From Candidatus Latescibacterota bacterium (GTDB lineage: Bacteria; Latescibacterota; UBA2968; UBA8231), in contig OZ253462.1 in NCBI GenBank assembly GCA_965261395.1, positions 896,001 through 960,000 on the forward strand: a DNA stretch of 64,000 bases, in the 5' to 3' direction. The translations under genes and the position numbers were made by a program. Position 1 is the stretch's first letter. Each line of letters opens with the position of its first letter. The notes beneath the pieces were generated by a model that was not told the DNA's origin, did no database searches, and saw nothing but the letters and a program-made list of their open reading frames with translations. Positions 62,986-64,000 of this stretch are shown here, piece after piece.

Positions 62986-64000
62986 ATGAACAGACGAGTC
63001 TGTGGGGCCTTGCTGGCGCTGTTGTCGCTGTCGCTCGCGGGAGCGGTGTTTGCCGACGATGTCGATTGGCCGTACTACGGGGCCGACCAAGGCGGCACCC
63101 GCTACACCCCGGCGGATCAGATCAATCGCGACAATTTCGATCAGTTGCGCGTGGTTTGGCGCTACCGCCCCCCCGATCAGCAGATCTACGAGACGGCTGG
63201 CCCCAACCCGGAGGGACGCAGTCTCAGCTTCGACAACAATCGCGGCACGCCGCTCGCCGTCAATGGCGTGCTCTACTATGCCTCGCCCTTCAACATTCTC
63301 GTGGCTCTCGACGGCCAAAGCGGCGAGGAACTGTGGACCTTTGACCCAGAGGCTTGGCGGATGAACTTCCGCTTCTTGGGCAATTTGCGCGGAGTTAGCT
63401 ATTGGACCGATGGCGAGGTTGAGCGGGTATTCATGGCGACTTCGACTTCCCATTTGTATTCCATCGACGCCAAGACCGGCCTGCCCGACCCGGACTTCGG
63501 CGAGGGCGGGCGCGTCGATTTAGGGGCCTCGCTGCGCCGGCCGCTGGGCGAAAGGGATCGCTGGAACTACGGAGTCACATCCCAACCCGTGGTTTGCCGA
63601 AGCGTGGTCGCCGTTGGCTCGGCCATGGGCGACTGGCGCTTCCAGCCGCCGCCCGAGTATACCCCTCCGGGCGATGTGCAGGCCTTTGACGCGCGTACCG
63701 GCGAGAAGGTATGGGAATTCCACACGATCCCACTGGAGGACGAGTACGGCAATGAGACGTGGGAAAGTGATGCGTGGAAAAAATACGGCGCGGCCAACGT
63801 CTGGGCTACAATGACGGCCGACGAGGAACTGGGGTACTTCTACCTACCAGTGAGCACGGCCAGCCACGACTACTACGGCGGCGAGCGCCCCGGCGACAAC
63901 CTCTTCAGCGAGTCGGTCGTCTGCCTTCAAGCAGAGACCGGCGAGCGGGTTTGGCACTATCAGCTCGTCCATCACGGTCTGTGGGACTACGACCCGCCGG
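62986..64000 (+). CDS. PQQ-dependent glucose/quinate dehydrogenase family (runs off the window end)
   Basis: ATG 62986 after GAGGAG; signal peptide, DWPYYG.DQGGTRY, RGVSYW, GAANVW, DYYGG.RPGDNLF, WHYQLVHHGLWDYD. Confidence 0.92.
   Translation, partial: MNRRVCGALLALLSLSLAGAVFADDVDWPYYGADQGGTRYTPADQINRDNFDQLRVVWRYRPPDQQIYETAGPNPEGRSLSFDNNRGTPLAVNGVLYYASPFNILVALDGQSGEELWTFDPEAWRMNFRFLGNLRGVSYWTDGEVERVFMATSTSHLYSIDAKTGLPDPDFGEGGRVDLGASLRRPLGERDRWNYGVTSQPVVCRSVVAVGSAMGDWRFQPPPEYTPPGDVQAFDARTGEKVWEFHTIPLEDEYGNETWESDAWKKYGAANVWATMTADEELGYFYLPVSTASHDYYGGERPGDNLFSESVVCLQAETGERVWHYQLVHHGLWDYDPP

Overview
This window spans the chromosomal replication origin of a GC-rich bacterium. T9SS/FlgD-type C-terminal domains, several sulfatases, PhyH and PQQ enzymes suggest an FCB-superphylum, Latescibacterota/Gemmatimonadota-like organism; that placement is inference only. 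The left part holds glycosyltransferases, sucCD, rplU-rpmA, RNase E/G, ctpA, tmk and the origin block rsmG-[2 parS]-mnmE-yidC-yidD-rnpA-rpmH <> dnaA-[oriC]-dnaN-recF-dciA-gyrB-gyrA, followed by three tRNAs (Ser, Ser, Gln). The right part is mostly catabolic or accessory: sugar ABC transporter, three sulfatases, enolase-family dehydratase, UxuA, AGE epimerase, ABC-2 exporter, amidase, eukaryote-type squalene synthase, PCuAC/SCO and cfa. The best candidate for an undescribed system is a small lower-GC islet at about 52.7-56.4 kb. It encodes a SAMHD1-like HD dNTP triphosphohydrolase coupled to a YwgA/DarG-C-like antitoxin-type protein, converging on a PD-(D/E)xK nuclease fused to a SeqA-like methyl-DNA reader. 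Other signals: depletion of CCWGG with excess of its deamination products, a GC trough around parS/oriC, a 44-bp perfect palindrome built on parS, a second DnaA-box cluster, and a probably leaderless dnaA. All homology calls come from motif recognition by eye, not database searches.
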